In this document: in pieces, positions 50,171 to 59,866 of the stretch
How the letters are laid out: each line of letters begins with the position of its first letter
Numbering within the stretch: position 1 is the stretch's first letter
Origin: Bacteroidia bacterium
GTDB lineage: Bacteria > Bacteroidota > Bacteroidia > Flavobacteriales > Flavobacteriaceae
Length of the DNA stretch: 64,000 nucleotides
NCBI GenBank assembly: GCA_030429835.1
Contig: JAUIGC010000002.1
Location: forward strand, 524-64,523
Direction of reading: 5' to 3'
Program-made: the position numbers and the translations under genes
The notes under the pieces: model-generated
Databases searched by the model: none
The model's input: the letters and a program-made list of their open reading frames with translations, nothing else
What the model was told of the DNA's origin: nothing

Positions 50171-50196
50171 ACGGAGCGTTCTGCCAAACGCTCCGT
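50171..50196. other. Intergenic hairpin between amt and the porin gene (mRNA stabiliser or partial terminator)
   Basis: acggagcgtt-ctgcca-aacgctccgt; T-run only on the plus strand. Confidence 0.5.
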
Positions 50197-50206
50197 GTTT
50201 TTTTAT

Positions 50207-51487
50207 TTACTTATCGTTTGAAATATGCTCAGGGTAGCACTCGGTTCCGTGCTCCGTAATATCCAAGCCTTCTATTTCGTCCTCTTTGGAAACTCTTAAG
50301 CCAATTGTTTTCTTAAGGATAATCAATACGACGAATGTGGCAAAAGCTGCCCAAAGTAGATATGCTAGAGACCCATAGGTCTGTACCCATAGTAACTTGG
50401 CACCCCCTCCATATAAAAGACCTCCGTCCAATGCAAAGACACCAACGAGAACCGTTCCAAGGAACCCACAAGTACCATGTACCGATATGGCGCCAACTGG
50501 ATCATCGATTTTAAACTTTTTGTCGAGAATTTCTATGGAAAATACTACCGCAATACCGCATAATAATCCTATAGCCACAGCTCCCCATGCATTTACGGCG
50601 CCACAACCTGCTGTAATACCTACTAACCCGGCAAGTGCTCCGTTCAAGGTCATGGATAGGTCTGGTTTACCATATCTAATCCAAGTTAGGAAAAGAGCAG
50701 TAATTGCCCCTATTGCTGCAGCAAGGTTGGTGTTGATTATAACACTACCTGCGGCAATGGTGTCATCGCCACCCCAAGCCAATTGGGAACCCCCGTTAAA
50801 TCCGAACCAGCCCAACCATAGGATAAAAACTCCAAGAGCTCCGTACATCATGTTGTGCCCTGGAATAACTTTTACTTCACCATTTACGTATTTGCCAATT
50901 CTAGGTCCTACCATAATAGCCGCTACTAAGGCTGCACCTCCACCAACGGCATGTACTACGGATGATCCTGCAAAATCAATAAAACCTGCGGTATTCAGCC
51001 ATGCATCATCATCAAAAGGCCAGTACCAGCTTCCTGAGATTGGGTAGATTAAAGTGGTCAAAACTGCTGAAAGAATTAAATAAGTGGAAAACTTTGTTCT
51101 TTCTGCTACAGCACCAGAAACAATTGTTGCGGCCGTAGCACAGAATACAGTTTGGAAGAATAAATTGTACCAGTCTGTGGCACTAAAAAAGAAATAGCCT
51201 TGGTCTGAAGGGCTTGATCTGAAAAACCCTCCTAATACCAAATCACTTCCATACATAATACCGTAACCAACGGCCCAGAACATGATAGATCCTACAGCTA
51301 GGTCCATAATGTTCTTCATTATAATATTTCCGGAATTTTTACTTCTGGTAAAGCCAACCTCTACCAAGGTAAACCCTGCTTGCATAAAGAAAACCAAAAT
51401 CGCTGCAAGGGTAATCCACAATGCGCCCATATCGCCATTTATAGCAGCGAGGGTGGCATCCATTGATTCTTGTGTTACTTCAGTCAT
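50207..51487 (-). CDS. amtB: Ammonium transporter
   Basis: FFMQAGF..VE.G..RSKN, DFAGSSVVH, LWLGWFGFNGGS, NGALAGLVGITAG, DDPVGAISVHG, E.EGLD..EH. Confidence 0.96.
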   Translation of the reverse strand: MTEVTQESMDATLAAINGDMGALWITLAAILVFFMQAGFTLVEVGFTRSKNSGNIIMKNIMDLAVGSIMFWAVGYGIMYGSDLVLGGFFRSSPSDQGYFFFSATDWYNLFFQTVFCATAATIVSGAVAERTKFSTYLILSAVLTTLIYPISGSWYWPFDDDAWLNTAGFIDFAGSSVVHAVGGGAALVAAIMVGPRIGKYVNGEVKVIPGHNMMYGALGVFILWLGWFGFNGGSQLAWGGDDTIAAGSVIINTNLAAAIGAITALFLTWIRYGKPDLSMTLNGALAGLVGITAGCGAVNAWGAVAIGLLCGIAVVFSIEILDKKFKIDDPVGAISVHGTCGFLGTVLVGVFALDGGLLYGGGAKLLWVQTYGSLAYLLWAAFATFVVLIILKKTIGLRVSKEDEIEGLDITEHGTECYPEHISNDK

Positions 51488-51516
51488 AATTAAATTTTTT
51501 TAGTTAGTTGATTATT

Positions 51517-51855
51517 TTAGTTGATACCTGCTTGCCCGCTTTCTTTGGTTCTAATACGGTAAGCTTCTATTACGTCGGACACAAATATTTTTCCATCCCC
51601 TACATTGCCAGAGTACGCAGTGTTTAAGATTGTTTCTACGGTTTTTTGAGCAAATTCGTCCGATACGACAATAGATAAGTATCTTCTTTGAATGTCAGTC
51701 GTGCTATAGGAAATACCTCTGTACACGTGACCTTTTTTCTCATTTCCAACTCCTGTTACATCCCAGTAACTAAAGAAATTGACCTCGATTTGATGCAATG
51801 CTTCTTTGACTTCATCAAACTTGGATTTTCTGATAATTGCCTCGATTTTTTTCAT
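51517..51855 (-). CDS. glnK: PII nitrogen regulatory protein (GlnB/GlnK)
   Basis: 112 aa; MKKIEAIIR, YRG.SY T-loop, G.VGDGKIFV; directly upstream of amtB. Confidence 0.9.
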   Translation of the reverse strand: MKKIEAIIRKSKFDEVKEALHQIEVNFFSYWDVTGVGNEKKGHVYRGISYSTTDIQRRYLSIVVSDEFAQKTVETILNTAYSGNVGDGKIFVSDVIEAYRIRTKESGQAGIN

Positions 51856-51902
51856 TGTACTAATTGTTTTAGATGCCCCAAATGTATGTTAAAAAAATTA
51901 AC

Positions 51903-51974
51903 ACCCCTTAAAATTGGGGGGTATAGGATTAATTTTTGTATTAATAATAATTAACCCCCCTTAAAATTATAGGT
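51903..51974. promoter_or_regulatory. Two ACCC-N12-GGGT-type boxes upstream of the PII-amtB-porin operon
   Basis: accccttaaaattggggggt (51903-51922); ccccccttaaaattataggt (51955-51974). Confidence 0.6.
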
Positions 51975-52147
51975 ATGAATATTTATACTATGGTATTTTA
52001 TGAATATGACCGATATGATTCAAGAAAATGAACTAGATTTTGTAAAAAGTGTAGAAAAAGAAGCTTTTAGGCAGTAGATTGTTTAAAAAACAATAAAAAA
52101 GATGTGAAAAAGTATAATTTTTGGAATTAGCGCTGCTAATGTTAAAA

Positions 52148-52519
52148 TTATAACAACTTGCAAATATATAGCCCTAGCGCAATGGCGAGAATACCTAGTA
52201 TAATACTTAGACCTAGGTATGCGGACATATATAATAAGGAATGTTCCTTTAGAAGGAGATGGCTCTCAAGGGCAAATGTGGAGAACGTGGTAAAGCCACC
52301 GCAAAAACCCGTACCCAATAATAGGACATGATTTTCGGATATATAGTTGTTCCTTACGGATAACCCGATTAGTAGTCCAATAATGAAACAACCCAAAATA
52401 TTGACCATGAAGGTTCCTAAATAGAAATTAGGGTAATAAGAGTTTAAAGATTTGGAAATTAAATAACGCAGAAAACTTCCAACACCACCTCCAAGAAATA
52501 TGAGTAAAAACTGTTTCAT
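52148..52519 (-). CDS. crcB: Fluoride channel Fluc/CrcB
   Basis: GGGVGS.LRY, GT..VN..G.F, GFCGGFTTFSTF. Confidence 0.95.
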   Translation of the reverse strand: MKQFLLIFLGGGVGSFLRYLISKSLNSYYPNFYLGTFMVNILGCFIIGLLIGLSVRNNYISENHVLLLGTGFCGGFTTFSTFALESHLLLKEHSLLYMSAYLGLSIILGILAIALGLYICKLL

Positions 52520-52537
52520 ACCTTACAAAGGTATAAA

Positions 52538-52717
52538 CTATACAGCTTTTTTGTAGTTGGAAGTAATCAGATTAATTGGATAAATTACAGAACGGTTATC
52601 CTCTGAGGATATATTTGTAGGTTTTTTCAACTTTTTGTTGGCATTTTGCAAACTTGCTATGAGCATAGCAACGTTAAGACCGATCAGTACCAATAATATT
52701 GTAAAAAATGTCATCAT
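52538..52717 (-). CDS. Small membrane-anchored hypothetical protein (59 aa), missing from the ORF track
   Basis: MMTFFTILLVLIGLNVAMLIASLQNANKKLKKPTNISSEDNRSVIYPINLITSNYKKAV fills the gap upstream of crcB. Confidence 0.6.
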   Translation of the reverse strand: MMTFFTILLVLIGLNVAMLIASLQNANKKLKKPTNISSEDNRSVIYPINLITSNYKKAV

Positions 52718-52833
52718 AATAATTGCCCCTTGTAGATGAATAACGCAAAATTACGTTATTTGGTATATTATACGTGAAATTCAGGGGTTTTGTTGTGTAA
52801 CCGTTAATTTTTGTGGTGTACGTAAAATTTGCG

Positions 52834-53022
52834 TTAATTATTGAGTAAATACTTAATGCAGAAAAGGATAATTATGAATATTATAAAGAATATTCCCACC
52901 CATTTGACTCCTTTGTAATTTTTTTGGTGCAATTTTAAGTCCTTCTTGTACATAAGGACAATAATAATGAAGAATGCAATGGTAAATAGAACTGCAAAAA
53001 CAATTTGTCCTGTGCTGAACAT
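52834..53022 (-). CDS. Small two-TM membrane protein
   Basis: MFSTGQ..FA..F...F......Y.KD..LH.KNYKG..W followed by a second TM. Confidence 0.75.
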   Translation of the reverse strand: MFSTGQIVFAVLFTIAFFIIIVLMYKKDLKLHQKNYKGVKWVGIFFIIFIIILFCIKYLLNN

Positions 53023-53068
53023 AATTTTTATTTTTACACAAAACTAAAGGAAAACTCAAGATTTTTTT

Positions 53069-53455
53069 ATGAAAAGCAAGATTAAAGCAGTACAACTATT
53101 CCATGAATCTTTTGGTCTAGGCGTATCACAGGAGATGAAGGCCGATTTGGGAAAAACAAAAAACCAGCTGCGTTTTAATTTGATGGATGAAGAAAATAAA
53201 GAATATCTGGAGGCAGCTTCCAACAATGACATGATTGAGGTTGCAGATGCCTTGGGTGATATGTTATATATACTCTGCGGAACTATCTTGGAGCATGGTA
53301 TGCAGCATAAAATAGAGGAAGTTTTTAATGAAATCCAACGTAGTAATATGAGTAAATTGGGCGAGGACGGTAAACCTATATATAGGGAAGACGGGAAGGT
53401 ATTAAAAGGACCTAACTATTTCAAACCGGACATTTCCTCCATTTTGAACAAATAA
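53069..53455 (+). CDS. MazG-like / PRA-PH-like NTP pyrophosphohydrolase
   Basis: LMDEENKEY, EVADALGDMLY, SNMSKL, YREDGKVLKGPNY. Confidence 0.88.
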   Translation: MKSKIKAVQLFHESFGLGVSQEMKADLGKTKNQLRFNLMDEENKEYLEAASNNDMIEVADALGDMLYILCGTILEHGMQHKIEEVFNEIQRSNMSKLGEDGKPIYREDGKVLKGPNYFKPDISSILNK

Positions 53456-53481
53456 AAAAGGGCTTAAAAAGCCCTTTTTTT
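53454..53481. terminator. Bidirectional terminator
   Basis: aaaaaagggctt-aaa-aagccctttttt. Confidence 0.8.
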
Positions 53482-54556
53482 AATCATTGACTTTATATCG
53501 CCAACCGTATTTATCTTCAGATTTATTGTACTGTATATCTGTAATCAATTTCTTCAATGTGGAAGCATAGCTGTTTTCCAATTCCGGAAGATCATAGTCC
53601 TTTTCCTTATATCCAAATGCCGATATTGGTGAGACTACTGCGGCGGTTCCCGCACCAAACATTTCCTTTAATGAACCATCCTTGGCGGCATTGACTACTT
53701 CTGTAACCGTAATTTTTCTTACTTCGGTAGGAATATTATTGTCCTTTGCTATTTGCAAAATACTTTTTCTGGTAATGCCGTCCAATATTCTGTCACTAGT
53801 CGGTCCGGTAATCAAAGTGTCGTTTATACGTACGAAAATATTCATGGCGCCGGCCTCCTCTATATATTCGTGTTCCGTGTCATCTGTCCAGATTACTTGA
53901 TTGTACCCTTTTTCAATGGCCAATTGCGTAGGGTAAAACTGACCGGCATAATTTCCTCCTGCCTTGGCGAACCCTACCCCTCCGTTAGCAGATCTGGAGT
54001 AAGTCTGTTCAATAAGTACCTTGACTTTTCCGGAGAAATATGAACCGGAAGGGGCGCATGCAATTATGAACTTATATTCATCTGCTGGAGAGGCATGAAA
54101 GCCATTTCCAGAGGCAAACATGAAAGGCCTTATATATAAGGACGAACCCTCATTCGTTGGTATAAAATCACTATCCAACTCCAGCAAAGTGGTAAGACCT
54201 TCCATAAAATATTCTTCCGGTAATTCTGGGATGGCCAATCTCTTTGCAGATATATTAAGACGTTTATGGTTGTCCAGTGGCCTGAATAGGAAAATATCGC
54301 CGTTATCGTCCTTGTACGCCTTCATTCCTTCAAAGATGGATTGTCCATAATGAAATATCTTCGCGGAAGGATCAAGCGTTATCGGTTGATATGGCATGAT
54401 TTTAGGAGTATGCCAAGCACCGTTCTTGTAATCGCATACCAACATATGATCCGTATATACGGAACCAAATTTTAAATTGTCAAAATCGACTTGATCTATT
54501 TTAGAGGTCTTAGCCTTTTCTATGCTAATGTCCATTTTTTTGGTTTCTACGCTCAT
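53480..54556 (-). CDS. ilvE: Branched-chain amino acid aminotransferase
   Basis: HYGQSIFEGMKAY, LYIRPF, AKAGGNYA, EEAGAMNIF, ILDGITRKS, GAGTAAVVSP. Confidence 0.95.
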   Translation of the reverse strand: MSVETKKMDISIEKAKTSKIDQVDFDNLKFGSVYTDHMLVCDYKNGAWHTPKIMPYQPITLDPSAKIFHYGQSIFEGMKAYKDDNGDIFLFRPLDNHKRLNISAKRLAIPELPEEYFMEGLTTLLELDSDFIPTNEGSSLYIRPFMFASGNGFHASPADEYKFIIACAPSGSYFSGKVKVLIEQTYSRSANGGVGFAKAGGNYAGQFYPTQLAIEKGYNQVIWTDDTEHEYIEEAGAMNIFVRINDTLITGPTSDRILDGITRKSILQIAKDNNIPTEVRKITVTEVVNAAKDGSLKEMFGAGTAAVVSPISAFGYKEKDYDLPELENSYASTLKKLITDIQYNKSEDKYGWRYKVND

Positions 54557-54652
54557 CCCAACTATTTTAAAGGATTAAAATTAATCAAATATACCAACAG
54601 CTCCTTCTTTTTTAGCTTAAAAATGAGCAGTTTTGCATGTAGGTTTTAATTT

Positions 54653-55144
54653 TTGAAAAATATGAAAGGTTTTAACATTTTGCTTGTGGTTTTTTGGATG
54701 GGTTTTGTATCCCTAGGTCAAGAAAACGAATCAACTCCAAATGAGTTAAGTACGTTTGGTGTATGGGTGGATGAATCAAACGTTGGTAGTTCAAAGGATA
54801 TGATGTTACAATATGAAAGCTTAAGCTCTGGCGATACTTTACAGACTAAGTTCATGGGAAAGGTATTGGAGGTTTGCCAGGCAAAGGGATGCTGGATGAA
54901 GGTGGAGCTTACAGATGGTAGGGAGACCATGGTTAGGTTCAAGGACTATGGCTTTTTTATGCCAAAGGATATAGCGGGAAAAAATGTGGTTGTGGATGGC
55001 ATCGCATTCGTGGAGGAAATGAGTATAGATGATCAAAAGCACTATGCCAAGGATGCCGGTGCCAACCATGAGGATTTGACCAAGATTACCTCAACCAAAA
55101 AGACCTATGCTTTTGAGGCGAATGGGGTATTGATTAAGAATTAG
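54653..55144 (+). CDS. DUF4920 family secreted OB-fold-like protein
   Basis: EVCQAKGCWM, VRFKDYGFFMP.D, HYAKDAG, FEANGV. Confidence 0.8.
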   Translation: MKNMKGFNILLVVFWMGFVSLGQENESTPNELSTFGVWVDESNVGSSKDMMLQYESLSSGDTLQTKFMGKVLEVCQAKGCWMKVELTDGRETMVRFKDYGFFMPKDIAGKNVVVDGIAFVEEMSIDDQKHYAKDAGANHEDLTKITSTKKTYAFEANGVLIKN

Positions 55145-55145
55145 T

Positions 55146-55811
55146 TTGGAAAGGGAGATAATAATTACGGGCGATGGCTCAAAAACCATTCAAATAAAGG
55201 AATGGAACGAGCAATATCACTCAAAGCACGGCGCCATCCAGGAGGCGTACCATGTCTTTATCAAAAATGGCCTCGATTTATTTCAAAATAGATCAATTTC
55301 AATTCTTGAAATAGGTTTTGGTACCGGCCTCAATGCTTTTATTACGTTACTTGAGGCACCAAAAAGAAGGCTTAAAATAGATTATGTAGGCATTGAGGCA
55401 TATCCTGTTATTGAAGATGAGATAAAGGAATTGAATTATATAGTAGAACTCGATGCCCTCTTACACCGTAGTGATTTTGAAAAATTACATAGCTGCCCTT
55501 GGGAAAAGACTTCTGTTATTACCCCGGATTTCAGTATTTTAAAGGAGCAGAAGGATTTTAGGGAAATTCATAATTCTGAACAATTTGATTTAATTTATTT
55601 TGATGCCTTTGGCGCACGGGTTCAGCCAGAACTTTGGACGGAACAAATCTTCAGCAAAATGTTCGAAGCCCTAAAAAAGAATGGAATCCTAGTTACGTAC
55701 GCGGCCAAAGGTAGTGTTAGAAGGGCCATGCTGGAAGTTGGTTTTGAAGTTGAGCGTCTCCCTGGGCCTCCGGGAAAAAGGGAAATGCTAAGAGCAAGAA
55801 AATTGAACTAA
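55146..55811 (+). CDS. mnmD: tRNA mnm5s2U34 methyltransferase (MnmC N-terminal domain / MnmD)
   Basis: DGSKT, E.YHS.HGA.QEA.HVF, ILEIGFGTGLN, YFDAF...QPELW, PGPPGKREM. Confidence 0.88.
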   Translation: MEREIIITGDGSKTIQIKEWNEQYHSKHGAIQEAYHVFIKNGLDLFQNRSISILEIGFGTGLNAFITLLEAPKRRLKIDYVGIEAYPVIEDEIKELNYIVELDALLHRSDFEKLHSCPWEKTSVITPDFSILKEQKDFREIHNSEQFDLIYFDAFGARVQPELWTEQIFSKMFEALKKNGILVTYAAKGSVRRAMLEVGFEVERLPGPPGKREMLRARKLN

Positions 55812-55911
55812 CAAATGGGGTTTCAGTTAATTTGTCTTAAAATGGGCCATCCTATGTTAAATCCAAATTAAACTTACAATTGGCTCGATCTTAAAGTGAT
55901 AACTTTGGGGT

Positions 55912-56874
55912 ATGAGGATATTAATAACAGGTGCTACGGGATTGGTTGGAAAGGAATTGGTATCTCAATGTCATGAGAAAGGATATGATGTCAATTTCTT
56001 GACCACTAGCAAGGATAAAATAGTTTCTAAGCAAAATCTTAAAGGGTTTTATTGGAATCCTACGAATAGGGAAATCGATATTCGTTGTTTTGATGGAATT
56101 TCTGCCATTATCAACCTTGCGGGAGCAAGTATTTCAAAAAGATGGACAGCTAGTTACAAAAAGCAAATTCTAAATAGTAGAATTAATTCTTTGGAGACGT
56201 TGTATGGGGCGATAGAGAAGTTGCCCAATCATTCCATTACCTCTATTGTGACCGCATCTGCCATAGGTATTTATCCGGATTCCTTGTCAAATTATTATGA
56301 AGAGGATGAACAGGCGGTAGATGATAGTTTTCTCGGAAGAGTGGTTTTAGCCTGGGAGGAAGAAGCCGATAAATTCAAGGAGCTGGGTATACTAGTTTCC
56401 AAAGTTAGAATAGGCTTGGTTTTGTCCAATAAGGGAGGTGCTTTGCCGCAAATGGCAAAACCCATTAAATATTATATCGGTGCGGCATTTGGCTCCGGCG
56501 AGCAATGGCAATCTTGGATACACCTTTCGGATTTGGCCAGAATTTTCCTTTTCGTATTGGATAATGAATTGGAGGGCGTTTATAATGGTGTTTCTCCAAA
56601 CCCTGTAACAAATAATAGATTGGTAAAGAAAGTTGCAGATGTTTTAAATCGCCCATTATTCCTGCCCAATATACCTGAAGTACTAATGAAAGTAATTCTT
56701 GGCGAAATGAGCTATTTATTATTTGCCAGTCAGAGGGTTAGCAGTAAAAAAATTGAAGGTGAAGGATTTATTTTTGAATATCAAAACGTTTGCTCCGCCT
56801 TGGAGGAGATTTATCAAAATGAAAAATCCAATTCTAAGATATCCAACGACTTATCCAAAGAATACATATCTTAA
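55912..56874 (+). CDS. TIGR01777 family NAD-dependent epimerase-like protein (YfcH)
   Basis: ITGATGLVG, INLAGA.I..RWT, SAIGIY, RIGLVL...GGAL, GSG.QWQSWIH. Confidence 0.92.
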   Translation: MRILITGATGLVGKELVSQCHEKGYDVNFLTTSKDKIVSKQNLKGFYWNPTNREIDIRCFDGISAIINLAGASISKRWTASYKKQILNSRINSLETLYGAIEKLPNHSITSIVTASAIGIYPDSLSNYYEEDEQAVDDSFLGRVVLAWEEEADKFKELGILVSKVRIGLVLSNKGGALPQMAKPIKYYIGAAFGSGEQWQSWIHLSDLARIFLFVLDNELEGVYNGVSPNPVTNNRLVKKVADVLNRPLFLPNIPEVLMKVILGEMSYLLFASQRVSSKKIEGEGFIFEYQNVCSALEEIYQNEKSNSKISNDLSKEYIS

Positions 56875-56905
56875 GCATTGAACAAAAATTAGGGAATAAA
56901 ATAAG

Positions 56906-56929
56906 AATCCGCTTTTGGCGGATTTTTTT
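56906..56929 (+). terminator. Intrinsic terminator
   Basis: aatccgc-ttttg-gcggatt followed by a T-run. Confidence 0.75.
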
Positions 56930-56940
56930 ATAAAGTTTGA

Positions 56941-56980
56941 TGACATTTTGACATTTTTAAAGATTTGGCAGTACTTTTGC
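56941..56980 (+). promoter_or_regulatory. grpE promoter region: TGACA direct repeat and a sigma54-like TTGGCA-GTACTT-TTGC overlapping a TACTTTTG -7 element
   Basis: tgacattttgaca (56941-56953); GG-N10-GC at 56967-56980. Confidence 0.55.
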
Positions 56981-57014
56981 CCCCTCAAATCGGAAGAATA
57001 AATTAGTACGGAAT

Positions 57015-57587
57015 ATGAGCAAAAAGGATAAAACCGAAAATATAGAAGAAGAACTGTCCCAAGATCAAATGTTGGAGCAAGAAGAACTCAATGAGGAGAA
57101 GGACCATGAAGATACTTTGGAAGAGGAAATGGAAATGTCTGAAGTGAATAGACTAAGGGAAGAGTTGGGAAAGGAGAAGGATAAATTTCTCAGACTGTTT
57201 GCGGAATTCGAAAATTACAAAAAAAGGACCTCCAAAGAGCGTATGGACTTGTTCAAAACGGCAGGACAGGAGGTAATAGTTTCCCTATTGCCCGTTCTGG
57301 ACGATTTTGAAAGGGCCTTAAAAGAACTGTCCAAAGCGGAAGATGAAGAATTGTTCAAAGGTGTCGAGTTAATCAAGGTAAAGTTCAGGGAAACTCTAAA
57401 ATCCAAGGGTTTGCAGGAGGTTGAAGTGTCGGTTGGTGATGCATTTGATGCGGAAATTCATGAAGCTATTACCCAAATTCCGGCAGCCGATGATAGCATG
57501 AAAGGAAAAATCATAGATGTTATTGAAAAAGGCTTCAAGCTTGGTGACAGAATTATAAGACATCCAAAAGTGGTGGTAGGAAACTAA
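57015..57587 (+). CDS. grpE: Nucleotide exchange factor GrpE
   Basis: LRLFAEFENYKKR, LLPVLDDFERA, FDAEIHEA, GFKLGDRIIRHPKVVV. Confidence 0.96.
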   Translation: MSKKDKTENIEEELSQDQMLEQEELNEEKDHEDTLEEEMEMSEVNRLREELGKEKDKFLRLFAEFENYKKRTSKERMDLFKTAGQEVIVSLLPVLDDFERALKELSKAEDEELFKGVELIKVKFRETLKSKGLQEVEVSVGDAFDAEIHEAITQIPAADDSMKGKIIDVIEKGFKLGDRIIRHPKVVVGN

Positions 57588-57596
57588 AAAAGTAGT

Positions 57597-58715
57597 ATGA
57601 AGGAAGATTTTTACGAAATACTTGGTGTAAACAAAAGTGCTTCTGCCGCGGAGATTAAAAAGGCATATCGAAAAAAGGCACTTCAATACCATCCGGATAA
57701 GAATCCCGGTGATGCCAAGGCGGAGGAGATGTTTAAAAAATCGGCCGAAGCTTATGAAGTCCTAAGTGACCCAAACAAAAAGGCAAAATATGACCAATTT
57801 GGTCATGCTGCTTTTGAAGGAGGAGGCTTTGGAGGTGGCGGAATGAATATGGATGACATATTCAGTCAGTTTGGAGACATCTTTGGAAGTGCCTTTGGCG
57901 GAGGTGGATTCAGTGGCTTTGGAGGTTTCGGTGGCGGGGGCCAGCGAAGGGTGAAGGGAAGCAATCTGCGGATTAGGGTTAAGCTGACTTTGGAAGAGAT
58001 AGCCAACGGCGTAGAGAAGAAGGTTAAGGTAAGAAGAAAAATACAGGCCGAAGGTGTTACCTATAAAACATGTACCACATGTAATGGACGCGGGCAGGTA
58101 ACTAAAATCCAAAACACCATACTAGGGAGGATGCAAACGGCAGCTACCTGTAGTGTCTGTGGTGGAAGTGGACAGATTTTGGATGGAAAACCTGGAGATG
58201 CAGATGCCCAGGGCCTTAAAGTTTCCGAAGAAACAGTATCCATAAACATCCCGGCAGGGGTAGAAGAAGGAATGCAATTAAAAGTTCCGGGAAAAGGTAA
58301 TGATGCTCCTGGAAATGGAGTTCCAGGTGATTTACTGGTCGCCATAGAAACCCAGGAACATGAGACCCTAAAACGTGAAGGTGATAATCTGCACTATGAT
58401 TTGTACATAAGCATATCCGATGCCATTTTGGGAACATCAAAGGAAATTGACGCCGTAGGAGGTAAGGTGAGAATTAAATTGGAACCAGGAATACAGTCTG
58501 GAAAAATCCTGAGACTAAGGGGGAAGGGTGTCTCCAACCTCAATGGATATGGTAGTGGAGATCTTTTGGTCCATGTCAATGTTTGGACTCCAAAGGAACT
58601 GAACAAGGAACAAAAGGATTTTTTTGAACGTATGCAGGGCAACGAAAATTTTGAACCAAAACCTGAAAAATCCGATAAATCCTTTTTTGAAAAGGTAAAG
58701 GATATGTTCTCTTAA
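57597..58715 (+). CDS. dnaJ: Chaperone DnaJ
   Basis: J domain with HPD, G/F-rich linker, two CxxCxGxG motifs, C-terminal domains. Confidence 0.97.
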   Translation: MKEDFYEILGVNKSASAAEIKKAYRKKALQYHPDKNPGDAKAEEMFKKSAEAYEVLSDPNKKAKYDQFGHAAFEGGGFGGGGMNMDDIFSQFGDIFGSAFGGGGFSGFGGFGGGGQRRVKGSNLRIRVKLTLEEIANGVEKKVKVRRKIQAEGVTYKTCTTCNGRGQVTKIQNTILGRMQTAATCSVCGGSGQILDGKPGDADAQGLKVSEETVSINIPAGVEEGMQLKVPGKGNDAPGNGVPGDLLVAIETQEHETLKREGDNLHYDLYISISDAILGTSKEIDAVGGKVRIKLEPGIQSGKILRLRGKGVSNLNGYGSGDLLVHVNVWTPKELNKEQKDFFERMQGNENFEPKPEKSDKSFFEKVKDMFS

Positions 58716-58759
58716 TCGGTAAAAAATTTGGTGTTTAAATAAAAAACGTATATTTGAAA

Positions 58760-58844
58760 CAATATTGGGTAACCAATATTAATTTTCTTTTTCATAGCAA
58801 TTTTTTTCCCATCCTTGATTCATTTGAGGGTGGGTTTTGTTTTT
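58760..58844 (+). ncRNA. Candidate sRNA (own promoter, 5' hairpin, pyrimidine-rich linker, terminator)
   Basis: TATATTTG at 58749; aatattgg-GTAA-ccaatatt; cccatcctt...gagggtggg followed by a T-run. Confidence 0.45.
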
Positions 58845-58933
58845 ATAGCATTTTTAATGCATGGATTTCGTGAAATTCATAAGTAAAAAAAGCCTTGTGA
58901 AAACAATTCAATATCTTTGAACAAATTGCTTAC

Positions 58934-59866
58934 ATGAATCATATTTTGGTCGCAAATAAGGTCTCCAAAAAGTATGGCGGCCACACTGCTTTGCAAAATG
59001 TTTCTATAGAAATTCCCAAAAACAGTATTTACGGTTTGCTTGGTCCCAACGGGGCCGGGAAAACCACATTGATTAGAATTATAAATCAGATATCCTTTCC
59101 AGACCAAGGGGAGGTTTTTTTTGAAGGGGAACCCCTTAAAAGCGAGCATATTTCCCAAATTGGCTATTTGCCGGAGGAAAGGGGATTGTATAAAAGCATG
59201 AAAGTGGGGGAGCAGGCACTCTATCTTGCCCAACTCAAGGGATTGTCCAAGAACGACGCAAAACAAAGATTGAAATACTGGTTTGAGCGTTTGGAGATAG
59301 GGGATTGGTGGAACAAGAAAATTCAGGAACTTTCAAAGGGTATGGCCCAAAAAATACAGTTCATCGTTACTGTGCTTCACGAACCTAAGCTGTTAATTTT
59401 CGATGAACCCTTTAGTGGTTTCGATCCCATAAACGCCAATATCATAAAGGATGAAATTCTGAAATTGAAGGAGAGTGGTACCTCTATCATTTTTTCGACA
59501 CATAGAATGGAATCCGTAGAGGAATTGTGCGAATATATTGCTTTGATCCATCGGTCGGAGAAGATACTGGACGGTAAATTATCGGAAATAAAAGAAGCCT
59601 ATAAAAAGAATATTTTCAAGGTAGATGTCGGCACTAGTTCACCCAATGAATTGTTGGACCAACTAAAAGGTAATTTTAAAATATTGGATGCCGTTTCCGC
59701 TGGTAATCAATTGGACTTTTCTGTGCAGCTCCCTGGAGGAAATTCCAGTGATTTATTAAGCTTTTTAGGGAGTAAGGGGAATATCAAAAATTTTACGGAA
59801 ACGATACCCTCCGCAAATGAAATTTTTATTAGGACTATAGAAAACAAAAGTTTCGCTAATGAGTAA
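58934..59866 (+). CDS. ABC transporter ATP-binding protein (NatA/YhaQ-like)
   Basis: GPNGAGKTT, GYLPEERGLY, LSKGMAQK, DEPFSGFDP. Confidence 0.93.
   Translation: MNHILVANKVSKKYGGHTALQNVSIEIPKNSIYGLLGPNGAGKTTLIRIINQISFPDQGEVFFEGEPLKSEHISQIGYLPEERGLYKSMKVGEQALYLAQLKGLSKNDAKQRLKYWFERLEIGDWWNKKIQELSKGMAQKIQFIVTVLHEPKLLIFDEPFSGFDPINANIIKDEILKLKESGTSIIFSTHRMESVEELCEYIALIHRSEKILDGKLSEIKEAYKKNIFKVDVGTSSPNELLDQLKGNFKILDAVSAGNQLDFSVQLPGGNSSDLLSFLGSKGNIKNFTETIPSANEIFIRTIENKSFANE

Noticed and set aside
50397-51047. 216-aa plus-strand ORF
   Set aside because: Antisense shadow of amtB; the same applies to the many short antisense ORFs over GSIII, prfA, susC, dnaJ and the paralog array
52520-52830. Fluoride riboswitch upstream of crcB
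   Set aside because: No GGCGATGG-type consensus seen; the space is occupied by a small ORF
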